This document shows, one piece after another, positions 50,843 to 64,000 of a stretch of DNA of 64,000 nt. Position 1 is the first letter of the stretch, and each line of letters starts with the position of its first letter. A program made the position numbers and the translations under genes. Origin of the DNA: Lama glama (taxonomy: Eukaryota); contig CM052817.1 in the NCBI GenBank assembly GCA_028534125.1, positions 45,448,001-45,512,000 on the forward strand, given 5' to 3'. The notes beneath the pieces are model-generated. The model saw nothing but the letters and a program-made list of their open reading frames with translations, was not told where the DNA came from and searched no databases.

Positions 50843-51987
50843 TTTTTCAGTTTTATTAGATAGAATTATTACAATTTGATTGCATTATGCATTATATTGC
50901 ATGTAGATACATATCTATAGTATATTGCACATTTTTTTTTAGTTTACTTACATGTACTGATCATTGTTTCTAAGAACAGATTAGACCTTTAGCTTTTTAA
51001 ACTTACATAGTTATCAAAGGAATAAAGCCAACCACAAAATAAGAATCAACAGAATGGGGTAATCCAATCATAAATTACACTCAAATATGCTTACACATAT
51101 TCAAGAAATCAGTCATCTAAGTTATAAATAATAAGTAGTTATTTGTGTTATTTATTTATTTATTTAAGATTCCACCTATAAGTGATATCATATGGCGTTT
51201 TCTTTCTCTTTCCGGCCCACTTCACTTAGAATGATAATCTTTAGGTCCATCCATGTTGCTGCAAATGGCATTATTTTATTCTTTTTTTTTTATGGCTGAG
51301 TAGTAGTCTACTGTATAAATATACCACAACTTCTTTATCCAGTCATCTGTTGATGGCCATTTAGGTTGTTTCCGTGTCTTGGCTATTGTAAACAGCTTGG
51401 CTCTATGAACACTGAGGTGCGTGTGTCTTTTTGAATTTTATTATTCTTTGGGTGTATGCCCAGGAGTGGGATTGCTGGATCATATGGTAAGCCTATTTTC
51501 AGTTTTTTAAGGAACCTCCATACTGTCCTCTCTAGTGGCTGCATCAATCTACACTCCCACCAAGAGTGTGGGAGGATTCCCTTTTCTCCACACCCTCTCC
51601 AGCATCTATCATTTGTAGACTTTTCAATGATGGCCATTCTGCCTGGTGTGAGATATCCCATTTTAGTTTTGATCTGCATTTCTCTGACAATTAGTGATGC
51701 TTAGAATTTTTACATATGCCTATTGGCCACTTGTATGTCTTCATTGGAGAACTGCTTGCTTAGGTCTTCTGCCCATTTTTGGAATCGGTTGCTTGTTTTT
51801 TTGATATTAAGCTGTATGAGCTGTTTGTATATTTTGGAAACTAGTCCCTTGTCAGTTGCATAATTTGCAAATATTTTCTCCCATTCTGTAGGTTGTCTTT
51901 TTGTTTTGTTGATGGTATCCTTAGCTGTACAAAACCTTTTAAGTTTAATTAGATCCCATTTGTTTATTTTTGGTTTTATTTCTATTT
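50843..51987 (-). mobile_element. 5'-truncated LINE-1 with the same non-canonical 3' end as 4850-5936
   Basis: ORF2 remnant [18 protein letters not shown]...[25 protein letters not shown]; 50843-51140 aligns with 4882-5170. Confidence 0.92.
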
Positions 51988-52099
51988 ATGACCTCATCTG
52001 AATATTGAGTTCAAACTTGGCCCTTTGTTATTAGGCCAATGTATATACTTGTTACATTTCTACTAACTCATGAATAGTTGCAAAAGAATACTCAGAATA

Positions 52100-52860
52100 C
52101 AAGGAATATCAAGTACCTACCAACTGATTTAAGAAAAAGAACACCACACTATTATTAAGTTCCTTCTCTCATTCCATCCTTCTTCCCCAGAGTTATCCAT
52201 TCCTTTCAATTTTGCACTTATCAGTTTCTCACTTTTCTCTATAGTTTTATGACATATGTTTACATCTCTGAACAATACATTTTTAAAGTGTTTTCATTTT
52301 GTATGAGTAGAATCATACTTTTTTCTGTAACCCAATTCTTTATCATTATGATTGAGATTAATCCATTTTGTGATGTTCACTTTTATGGCACTAGAGTATT
52401 TCATTGTATGCACATTCCATGCTTTATTTATTCATTTTACTCTTTATGAACTTGTATTGTTTTGATTTTTAAAAGTTTTACCCTTAACACAGTATTTCTA
52501 TGAACATTCTTATGTCATGTGTGCCAATGTATAAATGCATTTTCCTAATGTGTATGTGTAGTGTGCAGGTAATGATGGAGTGTGAGGTTGGAAGTCAAGT
52601 TTCATTTTCCTCATATGGATATCCAATTGTATCAGTTATCCTTTCCCCACTCCTATGAGTGCCACATCTATAATATACCAGGTGTCATTTATGAATGAGC
52701 CCATGTCTAGTCACTTTATTCTGTTTCATAGGTTTATTTGTGTCTTGGGGCATCGATATACTACTGAGTCTTCCAATCTGTGAACATGGTATATCTCTCC
52801 ATTTATTTAGGTCTCCCCTACTGTCTCTCAATAAAGCTTTCTAAGTTTTGCTATCAAAAG
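52100..52860 (-). mobile_element. Ancient L1 (L1ME-like) fragments
   Basis: TATTTCATTGTATG..CATTCCATG..TTATTTATTCATT; TATGGATATCCAATTGT; TGAACATGGTATATCTCTCCATTTATTTAGGTCT. Confidence 0.6.
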
Positions 52861-55800
52861 TACTGCACATTGTGTCCCTCTAGCCCTATGAAGATGCCAA
52901 AAACACTGCTAAGCCTCTCAGCTGCCTCTCCCAAATTGGCCAACATGTTTTGGCAAGATGCCAGACTCATCTTTGGATTTCTATTTTCTTGTAGATCTTG
53001 GCTTGGTAATTCCACATTCTCTTTTTAGCTTTTTGATACTTCAAAGATCATGATTTTTATATTTTGCCCAGGTATTTTAGTCTCCTCCAGCAAGATAGTT
53101 GGCCCAAATTACCCAGTCTGCCACCCTTGGGAGGAAGTCCTTAAATCTTATACTTGCATCTTCTTAGATCTTTCCATTTTATCTCTCCTTTCCCTCATTC
53201 ATGGTTTAGCTCTTCTGCATCAAATTTCACTCTATCCTTTTCTTCTTTCTTCCTGTTTGCTTACATTTCTTTCAGCTTCTCTGATGAGCTTTCCTTTCCC
53301 CCTTTCTTTGTATTTTAATGAAAATACAGCACATTTTATGATTAAGAAAAGCAGAAATGTGCTTGGTGGAAGCTAAGATCATTAGCACAACCCTCCAAAC
53401 GAAACATCACAACAACAATCCCACCAGGATTCAGCTGAAAAGCACATTTACTTATCATATTCATGATTCAGAAGAAAACTCATAGAAGAAAATCAGAAGG
53501 CAATGTGGCTGTGTTGAGAGAGCTTGACTTCAGATTAGGATAGACTTGGACCTCTATCTGTCTCCACTGCTTATAGCTGCGGAAACATGGGCAGAGCTAA
53601 GGACTTTGATCAATCAATGTAAGTTGACCTCTCTCTCTTCTTTTGATTGGCTAATAAATCTATATTTTTTCCATCCATGCTATATAACTGCTCTGTGCTC
53701 TTTTCCACAATGGACAGAAGAGTTCAATTTTTTTTTTAAAGAAAGATCACTGCATATACTTTATCTGAAGTCTCAACAAGTAAATGTGGGCTGTCAGATA
53801 TTTCTGGTCCTTTCAGTTATTTTGAAGTTTGAAATGTCCAGTTCTCTGGATTGGCTGAATGCATCATATTACCTAATTAAGTAGTGTCTGTCCTTTGGTA
53901 TTTCTTTGGTTGGCACTAGGAAAAAGAGTTATGGTTTTGATATAGGAGACTTCTGGGAGAGCTCGTTGAAGATTAACAACAGAGGACTTAGGGCAGGGAG
54001 GAGGAGAAGACTTTTGGAAGAGTAGATTTCAGGAATTGAAAATGATTATAGCCCTTGCCAGACAGGTGTATCTCAATTTACACAAAAGGTTAAATTCTGA
54101 AAATTTGTATATGCATCAACTTTTAATAGGTGTAATCACATTAGAATTTCCCAAAAGGTCTTAGTGCATAATGAAGCCTGGTTGTGAATCTTTTTGAAAA
54201 GTGAAAAATGTTCTTCTTTTCTTATTTGTAAAATATCAAATTCTATTAAAACAAATGTTACATGGATTTGAAATGTTACCTGTCAAAAATATACTTGAAG
54301 TATAAACACATTATTCATTTACCAAGGAGCAGATTTTTCTAAAATAAACCAGGATAAAAAGTAGCATATTGTTACCTTCTTAAATGCTGACATTACGCAT
54401 TTTTCTGGGGAATAGATTTTAAATTTAAATTTTAGCAGATCAGGTATTTAGGCTTTCTTCTCTGTCTCACCCTCTCTCCCTCTCTTTCTCTTTTTCCTTA
54501 ATTTAGCAATTAATTTTCAAAGCTGAGAACTCCTACATTTTGCTTCTTCTGTTTGTCCAGTCTGTACGTATAGTACCATGTACAGATAGCTATACAAGGA
54601 ACAAAGATGTTATTATAGTCTTATATAATATCTTACATTTTTCTAATAATTTAATTATTTCTTTCTCAAGTAATTTCCCTAAGATCACTGGGGACTTGTA
54701 CAGTCTTGAGTAAGTAAACTTAAAGTATAGTTTTGCTATTTTAGGAAGCTTAATTCCAAATTCTATCTTGGCATCCAGTGTCTTCTTTGGATGATGTGAG
54801 CCAGTCCAGCGCACTAGCACCTTTTGCTCAGAGCTAAATTGACAGAGATACACTCAAATGAATGACCATTCTCATTTCAACTAATAGTTTAGCAGGAACA
54901 CAAGTCTATAAACTGTTGGGAACACGAAAGGGGGAATTGTTGTGGGTAAAAGGATGGGGTAGAAGGAATATTTTATATCTCACTAAGACAGGAGTAATGA
55001 CGCTTCAGCCTGAATGAAACCTTGCCCTTGAAGCTGGCTCTGGAAATTTGGAACTCTCCGGGAAATAAAAATTTAAGCTCTGGAATCCAAATGTGGTGAA
55101 ATCAACAGAAAAAGTTTTGGTCCAGCCTGGTCTTTACAAAGAACAGATATTCATAGTTATTGGCAACTCTCTCTTAGGAGGTCACTTCTGAAGTCTCCTG
55201 CCTCCTGGAAAGTGATATCTACTTTAGAGAAGTTTCATCTCCACAATGCCCTGCCTTGTGTTGTCAGTCTGTCAGATTTGGCGTTTCCATTACAAAGATC
55301 TATCAAGAGAAAAAGAGAAGGATGATAATGCGTCTAAGAATAATGTTCATTTACTTTTTTCTCCAGGTCCCCAAGGCACTACATAAATGGAACAAATGAG
55401 AGAAAGAATGTTGATGATTTGTACATTAACTGCATGTGGTGGTAGATGATAGTTTTCTTTGGAGCCCCTTCAAGGCCAAAGTGTGCAAGTTTATCACATT
55501 GGGTTGCAGTATTTACATCAAACAGTATCATATAATTTTATAGGCATTGTAAACTCACTTTTGCTATGGCCTAATGCAGCCTGTTTCTTTGAAGGCAGCA
55601 TGACATGCAGGGAAGGTGTTTCAACTCATAATGAGGATCAGGACACACAGGAAGAATAGAACAGAACACACAGCTCCTGCCTTATGACTAGTAGGGCTAA
55701 CCCCTAAGTCCTCATTCTGCCAGCAGTCAGTGCTCCTCTTGGATCTGATTCAGAGCAGGGGATGCTTGGGCCTGGGGGATGATGTCTTTGATTCTCTTGG

Positions 55801-55963
55801 TGACTGGAGAGCACTACTGAGACTTAGCAGGTAAGGGCCAGTAATGATGAATGTCCTGCAAAACATGAGGCAGTCCCACAAATGAGGAATTTTTCTGTCT
55901 GAAGTACACATTACATTCCTTCTCGAGAAGACAGCAAGAACGACAGAAACACTGTCTACATCT

Positions 55964-56460
55964 TGTCTTGGTTACCAATTCTGTGTTATAAATTACCTTG
56001 AAAATTAGTGGATTGAAACAACAGCGCTTTATTATTTTTCACGGTTCTGTGGGTTGACTGCTCTCAACTGGGCTGTTCCGTTCTATGTGGTACAACTGAG
56101 GGCATTTGAGCAGCTGCATTTGACTGGGAGCTCAGCTGGGCTTAGAACATTCAGGATGGCATCCCACTCTCCAAAGTCTTTCTCTAAGTGGCTTCTTCTT
56201 ATTCTGTAGTGTAGCCTGAACTTTTTTTACAGCCTGGAGGCTGGCTTCCAAGAGAGAGTTTTCCAGAAGTGCAAATATGGATGCTACAAGGCCACTTGTA
56301 GGCTGAGCTTGGACAAAGCACATCCCTCTGTCTCATTCTGTTGGACAAAGCAGTTCCCAGGGCCAGCCCCGATTCAAAGGGATGGTAAATAAAAGAGAGG
56401 AGCAGTAGTCTCATTGCAGCAGCCTTGAGGTTGGGAGGGTTTGTTGTGGTCTCTTAAGAA
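55964..56460 (-). mobile_element. MaLR LTR (MLT1G/H-like)
   Basis: GAAACAACAGCGCTTTATTATTTTTCACGGTTCTGTGGGTTGACTG...GGCCAGCCCCGATTCAAAGGG. Confidence 0.7.
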
Positions 56461-56959
56461 ATGACTCCTAAACATATGATCGCATTTAGTTCTCTGTGAG
56501 GTAGGACTTACTGATCCCATTTTACAGAAGGTGGAACTGAGGCTTTCAGAGGTGAAGTTACAGGCTCAAGACCACACCACTGGTAAGTGGTGAGGCACAA
56601 AGCCAGGTTGCCTCATCCCAAGATCCTTTTGTCTTCTTATTTTATTTTCTATTTTCTTAAGTTAGAAGTTATTTCAGGGCTAGGCCAAGTGAACGAGGTT
56701 TGTTAATTTAGTGAGTGTTCCCCTTTCAGTGGCTGCTGAACGTCTTCTGGACTTTCATCCTAAAATGTCATGCAAATTGCCCGTGGTCCCTGTACTGTGG
56801 TGTCTCATCTAAGTCACACTTTCTTGGACTGTAGTCAAAGATTTGGATACTCTCCTCAATACCTACCCCTATTCCAATGATGAGATTCTTTTTCTTGTCC
56901 TGCTCTCAGTTAATACTGAACCAGAAAGCAGTTAATAGTCTGACTTGAGTGTCACACAA

Positions 56960-57582
56960 GAATAGCAATTGCCTGACGTTTCCTGCCTACCCAGCAACTG
57001 TTTTCACACCTGGTAGCAGAATCCCAGTTTCCCTTGAAGAATCCATTTCTCCCTTCCTTTTACTTCACGTGGTTCAAATGGCAGTGAATGCAATTCCTGC
57101 TCTAGGAGTTGGCAGGTCCTGAGGGCTGGCTAATCAGAGGTTTGCCTTTCTCTTACCACAGTCATTGGTTCACAGGTGAGCATATGACCTGAGCTAGGTC
57201 AATAAAAAGCCACTAGAATTAAATTCAGCCCAGTACCTTTGGAGGGAGGTATAGAGAAGAAGCATGTTCTTTTCTATTGGGGTTTCTGGGAAGATGAGAG
57301 GTAAGCACGGAGCTGCTGGGAGCCACCTTGTCCTTGCAAGGCAAGAGCATGCAGGAGAATAAAATCAACCAGTGAGACAGAGGGGAAGTGGCGATGAGGA
57401 TGAGATGGCCCAAGAGCATCATCTGATGCTCTGGACAGGGCCAAAGCCAGATTTACCCCTAGATTTTTTCAAGATGTTAACCAATAAATTCCACACTCCT
57501 CCTCCTTTTATTTATTTATTTATTTTGCTTCAGCCAGTGCTGAGTTTCCTATCAACTACAATGGAACAAATCCTGATTGATA
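56960..57582 (+). mobile_element. Old MaLR LTR (MLT1K-like)
   Basis: ATTGGTTCACAGGTGAGCATATGACCTGAGCTAGGTCAAT...CCAATAAATTCC...TTGCTTCAGCCAGT...TCCTGATTGATA. Confidence 0.65.
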
Positions 57583-58483
57583 GATCATTTATGGTGCCCA
57601 AAAGAGCTCTTAGAAAAAAACTCCACAGTAAAAATGCCTATGAAAAAGAAATAATCCAGGAATTCCATTGTGATTCAAATGCGGGAGATGCTAGGGCAGC
57701 TATGATGATAAAAACTTCAGGTAAGTACAGACAAGCGTGATGTGAGATCAGGAATTCTATTCGTAAGAAACAAAATAGCAATGAGTGCTCTTATATTGTA
57801 TTCTGTAGCCAGTGAGATTAGGACTTGTACATTTTGTTTCTGAACACAAGATCTCTAGTTCATTGCCTTGCACACAGTCATTATTAAAGCAATAATAACA
57901 ACAGCCCTAAACCCCAGCCTGCAGGACAGAGGGTCCTTTCTGAGGAGATGGCAGATAGGTTTTTCCTCATGTGCCAACTCTGATCGTTGCTAGTGCCTGC
58001 CTGGGGCACAGGCTGGGGAAGGTTTCTGAAGCTTGGTGCAGGCTGTGGGGAAGGGTGACAGAGGAGTAGTGTCTGCTATGGGGAGGAGGGAAGGCGCATG
58101 GAAGTAACATCTAGTTTCTAATACGTGGTGGTGACAAAAGGAAAGAGGGTAGAGCTACCTTTTCGTTAAAAAAAAGTTAGATGATTTCTTTGCTCGATGA
58201 CCTAAGCCTTAGGTCCCAAGTAACGTTTGGAGGTTATTATTTACTTGGGTCAGTTGGTAACCCATATCAAGAGGTAAAATCCACCCAGCAGAAGAATCTT
58301 TTCTGCCATTTTGCTTGGTTGGGGTGGGTTAGGTAGAGACTGAGTCTCAAGTAACCCTGGGAAGCCTGGTATACTCTTGCCAAATCCATACCCTCTCCTC
58401 TGTGATCTTTAGAAAAGGCAAAGAGTCGCATGCCAGCTTGAACTGGTGGGGTGTACTGGTGGCATTTCTCAGAACCTCCCCAG

Positions 58484-58968
58484 GAGGGTCAGAATAATGC
58501 CCCGTCCCTTCCCCCACTCCCTGGGACTTCAGAATATGTTATGTTACGTGGCAAAGGGGAATTAAAGTTACAAATGGAATTAAGATTGCTAATCAGTTGA
58601 CTCTGTCATAGAGAGACTATCCTGGATTATCTGGGTGGGCACAACCTGATCACAAGAGTCCTTAAAGATGGAAGGGAGGCAGATGAGGAGGTTGGAGTGA
58701 TGTGATATGAGAGAGGCTGGGCCTGCCATTGTGACATTGAAGATGGAGGAAGGGGGACCTAAGTCAAGAAGCTGGAAAAGGCAAGGAAATGGATTCTCCC
58801 CTAGAGCCCACAGAGAGGAAGACAGTCCTGCTGAGACCTTGATTTTAGCCCAGTGAGACCCATGTAAGACTTCTAATCTAAGAAGACAGAATGCTAAGAT
58901 AATAAATTTGTATTGTTTTAAGCCACTAAGTTTGTGGTAATTTGTGATGGCAAATGGGAAACCAATAC
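58484..58968 (+). mobile_element. MaLR LTR (MLT1D-like)
   Basis: ATATGTTATGTTACGTGGCAAAGGGGAATTAA...CCTGGATTATCTGGGTGGGC...ATAATAAATTTGTATTGTTTTAAGCCACTAAGTTTGTGGTAATTTG. Confidence 0.88.
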
Positions 58969-59009
58969 GGATTTCCTTACAATGAGAGAAAACTCTATAA
59001 ATTCTGCTT

Positions 59010-59510
59010 GAATCATAGAACCAGTGGTGAACGGGATCTTGGAAGGCTTTAGCCCACTCTTGATTCCCCTTACACGAATCTCGTCTACCATAAATTTGAC
59101 CAGTGGTCTTCCAGGCTGTATGAACCTATCAACAATGGGAATTACCAATGCCCAGATGTAGTTTGTCCCATTTCTGGGTGGTGTGAACTGTCAAAGTTCT
59201 TCCATAACAAAAGCAGAAATGAGCTTTCCTGTAGCATTGCTTCTTTAGTTTTGGCTTTGTTTTCTAGCGATGCACACAAAATTTCCAAGTTATCTTATTC
59301 TAAAAAGATAGCCCTTTATGTATTTGAAGATTTAACCCTGATTCCTTAAAGGGTTCTCTTTTTCTGACTGAATATCCTCATGCTCTTTGTGTGGATTACA
59401 TAGCACACGTCCCCTGTGACTAAAACTGTAGCAAACACTACAGATGTGGTTTGATCAATAGCAAGTCTGCAGAGGTTTAATTATCACCTTTGTTCTGGAT
59501 ATCATAGCTC
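59010..59510 (-). mobile_element. CR1/L3 LINE remnant
   Basis: AATCATAGAA...GGGATCTTGGA; CCCTTTATGTATTTGAAGA; CAGATGTGGTTTGATCA...TATCACCT are L3-like blocks. Confidence 0.5.
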
Positions 59511-59766
59511 CACGTTGCATTTACCTTACCATCTCCACCTCATGCCCAAAGCAGTATAAATAGCTCTTTTTCCTACCATAATGTACACTCCCCCTTTCCT
59601 TCTCCAAAGCTCTAAACACTCTGCTTCACACCTAATAGATCCCTGATATGTTTATTCTTGAAACATGCCATGGCTTTCATATCCTTCATCTTCCTTGTCT
59701 TGTTCTGTGTATGACCTGTGCTTGGAGGAGATAAAACCGATTCTGTAACATGGAGGAGAGAGCGTG

Positions 59767-59960
59767 TGTTGTGTAGTCAGAGACCTGTTCAAGTCCTGAC
59801 TTTCTGTTTTCCTGGCTCTGAGCTGTGGGCAAGTTTCTTAGCCTCCCATGAACCTCAGTTTTCTCATCTGAAAACAAGGTGAAGAAAAATTTTTACTTAA
59901 AGGTTGTGGTGAGGATTAAATGAAATGTCCCATGAAATATGCAAAACATAGCCCTTGGCG
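59767..59960 (+). mobile_element. MIR
   Basis: GGGCAAGTTTCTTAGCCTCCCATGAACCTCAGTTTTCTCATCTGAAAA...GGTTGTGGTGAGGATTAAATGA. Confidence 0.85.
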
Positions 59961-61093
59961 TGATTTACGGTGTCCCTTCTCTCCTGCCTCTCCCACTGCC
60001 TCCCATTTTGTTCCTCTTTTACCTTATACAGTTAGAGGACGTAAAAAAACAAAGCCACACGGGCTCAATAAGGGTGTTCAGGATGACCACTGCGGGCTGG
60101 AGCAATGGCAGCCTTCTGGGGGCGGCAGGGCCTGGGCTCAACCTTGTAGATTGTGTGGGAGTGGGCTGGCTACAGGGATGAGTGGAGAAGTTTGTTCCCT
60201 GACTTTGAAAGGGATGTTCATTTTTTAAGCCTTCTGAAAATGAAGACAAAACTGCTAGCATTCTATGTTGGAAGGAACATTTTGTTTCTAACTCATTAGT
60301 TTTGAAATCTGGCTTAAAAAGGTTGGGACATGCTTTGACTGCTGTGATGAGACAAACATGAAAAAAAGCAAAAAACAAAAACCAAAAAATCAAACAAACA
60401 GGCTGAGGTTTAAATTGCCTAGGTCCTGAGCAGAGCCTTCACAGAGTATTTGCAAGCCAAAAGAGTTCATTTTCTGTTTCCTTAGGGCAATATATAAATA
60501 TTTTTAATTATTAAACTTAGCAGGTCTGAATTGGATAATGAAGACCGGACCACTGATGCTAACATGTCATCAGGATGATGGAAAATCAGATTTGGGAACA
60601 CTCAGAGAGGCCAGGAAAAGTGGGTTCTGGGAATGTTCTAGGTTATTGAGAGAAGCTAGATTCTATAGGCCTATCCATGTTTAGTTTCTAAGTTTTCCCA
60701 GAATCCATCCTTTTTATATGGCTTGGCAAGCAATTATTTTATTTTTTCTTGTGAAGTCATAATCTGGGACATCATTTTGGAAGGTTTGCCGGTAGCTATT
60801 CTTTGGTCTGCTCTGCCTCCGCTAGTTTTATTTTTAACCCTCTCTTGATTATTTCTAAACCCCTTTATCATAAAAGCTCGTTTTCTTTTATTAGGAGGGA
60901 TTTATTCACAAGGCTAACTCAGACCTACATGGCATCTTTTAATATACATTACTGAATGCCGACATGATTCTGCAAGCTTTAAGAAATGCTTTCTGACACA
61001 AGATACACAAAGCATGTGGAAAATGACTGTAAGCTTATAATTTGAATCAGTTCAGTTTTAAGTATGCTGAAGCAATTCTTTTGACAATAGCAA

Positions 61094-61465
61094 TGATTAT
61101 ATGTGAATGCTTGTGTCCCCCTCCTCCCAAATGCATATGCTAAAACCTAACCACCAGCGTGATGATACTTGGAGGCGGGGCCTTTGGCAGGTGAATAGGC
61201 ATGAGGGCCGAGCTCTCACAGGCAGGATTAGTGCCTTTCTAAAGAGACCCTGCTGAGCTCACTCGCTCCTCCCACCCTGTGAGGACCCAGCCAGAAGACA
61301 ACCATCTAGGAACCAGAAGGTGGGTTTTCATCAGATGTCAGATCTGCTGGTGCCTTGACCCTGGGCTTCCCAGCCTCCAGAACTGTGAGAAATACATTTC
61401 TGTTGTTTATAAGCCACCCAGTCCATGGTACGGCACGGCACTGCTCGCCGTCCCTGCACTTATGC
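61094..61465 (+). mobile_element. MaLR LTR (MLT1A-like)
   Basis: TGTGTCCCCC...GGAGGCGGGGCCTTTGG...CCCAGCCTCCAGAACTGTGAGAAATACATTTCTGTTGTTTATAAGCCACCCAGT. Confidence 0.85.
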
Positions 61466-62217
61466 GGAGACTTTTGGATTCCTGGGGCGTTCTATCCTCT
61501 TCTTGCTATTATTAGGGCATCTGAGGGTTGAGTCACAGGAACCTCACCCTGACTGCTCCCCAGAGGACGTTTTTCTTGACTTCTTATGGTGGGAAGAGCA
61601 CAGCTTGTTGACGGAGGCCTTCCACTGGCCTCCTCTGGTCTCTGCTCTTGAGCAGATTTATCATCCTTTTGGAGTGACTAGGACAAGCGGAATGGATGGC
61701 GAGGAGGACATGGACAGTTTGGCAGTGACAGAGATCATCTCTGCCTTTAGAACAAGAAAAGGTTATTGTGAGAAGCTAAGGAAGGAAATGGAAGGCCAGG
61801 ATTAAACTAACCGTGCCACCACTCTGTGGGAGTACTTTCCCACAACATAATCAAACAAAGTGACATCAGGGGTACGGATGGCAGAGATGCAGAGGATGGA
61901 AAACCTGAGGACAAATCTGTTGCCATTGACTGGCCCTTTTTTCTTTCCAGAAAGGCCCGGGCAAGACATCCTGGAGAGAAAGCTCTGGAATAATCACTCT
62001 TAATGCAACACAGCAGGGAGAAGGGAGTAGGACCTATTGAGCAAAGTAGACTTTTGGGCAGATTTGAGTGATGACAGATGTTTTTGCCTTCCTCATAGAT
62101 TCATTTGTTCCTTCCTTCACTCTTTAGTTTATTTAACAAGATGTGTTCATTAACTTTTGTGCCAGGCACTATGCTAGGTTTTAGTTCTCTATATGTTAGT
62201 GTAAGAGCAAGTTTGTT

Positions 62218-62495
62218 TTTAAAAATTTTTATTATTATATTTTAATTGAAGTATAGTGGCTGTACAATATTATAAGTTAAATGTGTACAATATGGTGACT
62301 CAAAATTTTTAAAGGTTATATTCCATTGATAGTTATAAAATACTGGCTATTCTCCCCGTGTTGTACAATATGTCCTTATAGCTTATTTTATACCTAATGG
62401 TTTGTACCTCTTACTCCCCTACCTCTATATTTCCTCTCCCCTCTTCTGTCTCCCTAATGGTAATCACTTGCTTTGTTCTCTGTAACTCTGAGTCT
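62218..62495 (-). mobile_element. L1 3' end (a further artiodactyl-type subfamily)
   Basis: TTTTAATTGAAGTATAG...TTTAAAGGTTATATTCCATT...; degenerate TSD TGTAAGA(G/C)CA on both sides. Confidence 0.8.
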
Positions 62496-62927
62496 GTAAG
62501 ACCAGATTGCTTGACCTCATAGCACTGATAGATTGGGGTGCGTGTGTGCATTCATGCACGTGATTAGAGAAACAGATATTAAAAAAAATATATGTATAGA
62601 ATGTGATATAGCATGAACAAGTCATACAGTGTTATTTGGGTGCCCACAGCTTGGGAAACCAACCTCCCCCAGGGGTCCAGGAAAGCTTCCTGGAGCACAT
62701 AATTTTTAAGCTGTGTTGAGACAGCACAGCAGGGTGGGCAAGCGCAGGCAGGGAGAGTATTCTAAACCCATAGTAGCTCGTGCATGTGTTGGGGTGGGGG
62801 CATGGTTCTTCAAGGCGAGGTCATCCAGGCATTGCAGTTTTTAATAAGGGAAGTGATGTTCAGGTATTGTTTACTACCTCTGTGGATGGACTGAGCGAGG
62901 GAACAATGTGAGAGAGCCTTAGTTTGG

Positions 62928-63419
62928 TGTAGGAAGCACTCTGGTGCCCCCATCGAAGCCCCTCAGACCCCACTGCTTTTAGCCTCGGTGTGGACGCCGG
63001 CTCCACAGAGTGCACACCACTGCGGGCTGCTGGAATCCTGCCTCGAGCTCTCAACTGGGTCTCTCCTCATCCCGCCCAGGCCCTTCTGCAGCTGCAGCAG
63101 GAGCTTGCTAGAGTAAGTGCTCCTGGGGCCAATTTCCAGTCAATGGTGACCAGAATGATGGATGAAAGTGTTGTGCCACCTTTCAGGTGGGCGCTTCTGG
63201 GAGGAATTCTGAACTCTTTTCGGGGATTCAGCTGGGGTGGAATTGAGCCCCAGTTGCTCACAGCAGTGACCTTGATAATGAATCTTTGCATTGGCCTCCC
63301 TGCCTTTTCTGAGTCTCATTAATCCCTCTCTCTTGCTTCCTGGGCTCACGTATCAAATAAGCCACCTGTGCTTCAGTGCCCATCTCAGGGGTGCCCCCAG
63401 GGAAGCCCAAATTTAGAGA
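62928..63419 (+). mobile_element. ERVL solo LTR, LTR16-like
   Basis: TGTAGG...GGTGCCCC start; AATTGAGCCCCAGTTGCTCACAGCAGTGACC; CCATCTCAGGGG...GGGAAGCCCAAATTTAGA end. Confidence 0.7.
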
Positions 63420-64000
63420 GTTGTCCACCTAAAGTCAAGTGAAGCTTCCCTTAGCTTTTAATTGTGTCCTTCCTCATCAAGCGCTGCATCTTAATTGAGT
63501 TCCTCCAGCACCTGTGATGCTAATGTCTCTAAGGAACACTGTGCTGGTCCCTCCCAGTTTTGCAGGTGGGTGAAGCTAAGGCTCAGCCCACTTCAAGTAA
63601 AGCCCATGATTAAAGCTCAGGATTTCTGCTTTCAAATTAAGTACCTTCTGGACTGCACTATTTTGGGACATTGTACTTCTTCTCAGGGAAGTGACTCATT
63701 CTGTGTACCCATTCCCTGAGTTCTATCTCACCTCTTTTGTCGGAAGTCTTCTCCTCAAAGGAATAATCCAGTCCAAAGTGAAGCATTTGAAAATGCTGTC
63801 TGGTCCTCACTCATGGTGTACTGATGCACAAGAAACCACGCCGCTAGGTTTTAGGGAACTCAAAACAAGAGAATCTAGAAATCATCTTGTTTTAGAGATG
63901 ACTGCTTCCACCCCAAAGTCTGTGTCCTGAGACGCAAAGGCATTGACTGATACCACAGACTAAGATGCAGCAGTAGGGGGTGTGTGTGACACATTTAACA

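Noticed and set aside
51383..51679. ORFs with real protein similarity (also 22719-22967 and 41889-42116)
   Set aside because: Truncated, frameshifted L1 ORF2 C-terminal fragments, not host genes.
1..64000. CRISPR array, operon or other prokaryote-type system
   Set aside because: Sequence is mammalian and repeat-rich, with no regularly spaced repeats or gene-dense ORF clusters.

Overview
Mammalian non-coding DNA (intergenic or deep intronic), most likely from a camelid, judging by tRNA-Ala-derived Vic-1-like SINEs and the artiodactyl-type L1 3' ends. It has one 500-N scaffold gap (21242-21741). I find no recognisable protein-coding exon, RNA gene or prokaryote-type system; the only recognisable ORF-track peptides are decayed LINE-1 ORF2 C-termini (e.g. 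[11 protein letters not shown]). Much of the window is transposon-derived: L1 fragments of several ages, three tRNA-derived SINEs, three ERV1-type solo LTRs, many MaLR (MLT1) and ERVL (LTR16/LTR33) LTRs, MIR, L2, CR1/L3 and hAT elements. Main observations: (1) two independent L1 copies 46 kb apart share a ~290-nt non-canonical 3' end with its own AATAAA, suggesting an L1 lineage with a captured tail; (2) three L1 insertions are internally inverted; (3) a repeat-poor, CpG-enriched segment with ETS/RUNX/GATA/STAT motifs at ~26-29.5 kb looks like an enhancer or promoter; (4) plus-strand splice signals hint at an unannotated non-coding transcript. Repeat family names are from-memory consensus recognition and need RepeatMasker/Dfam confirmation.
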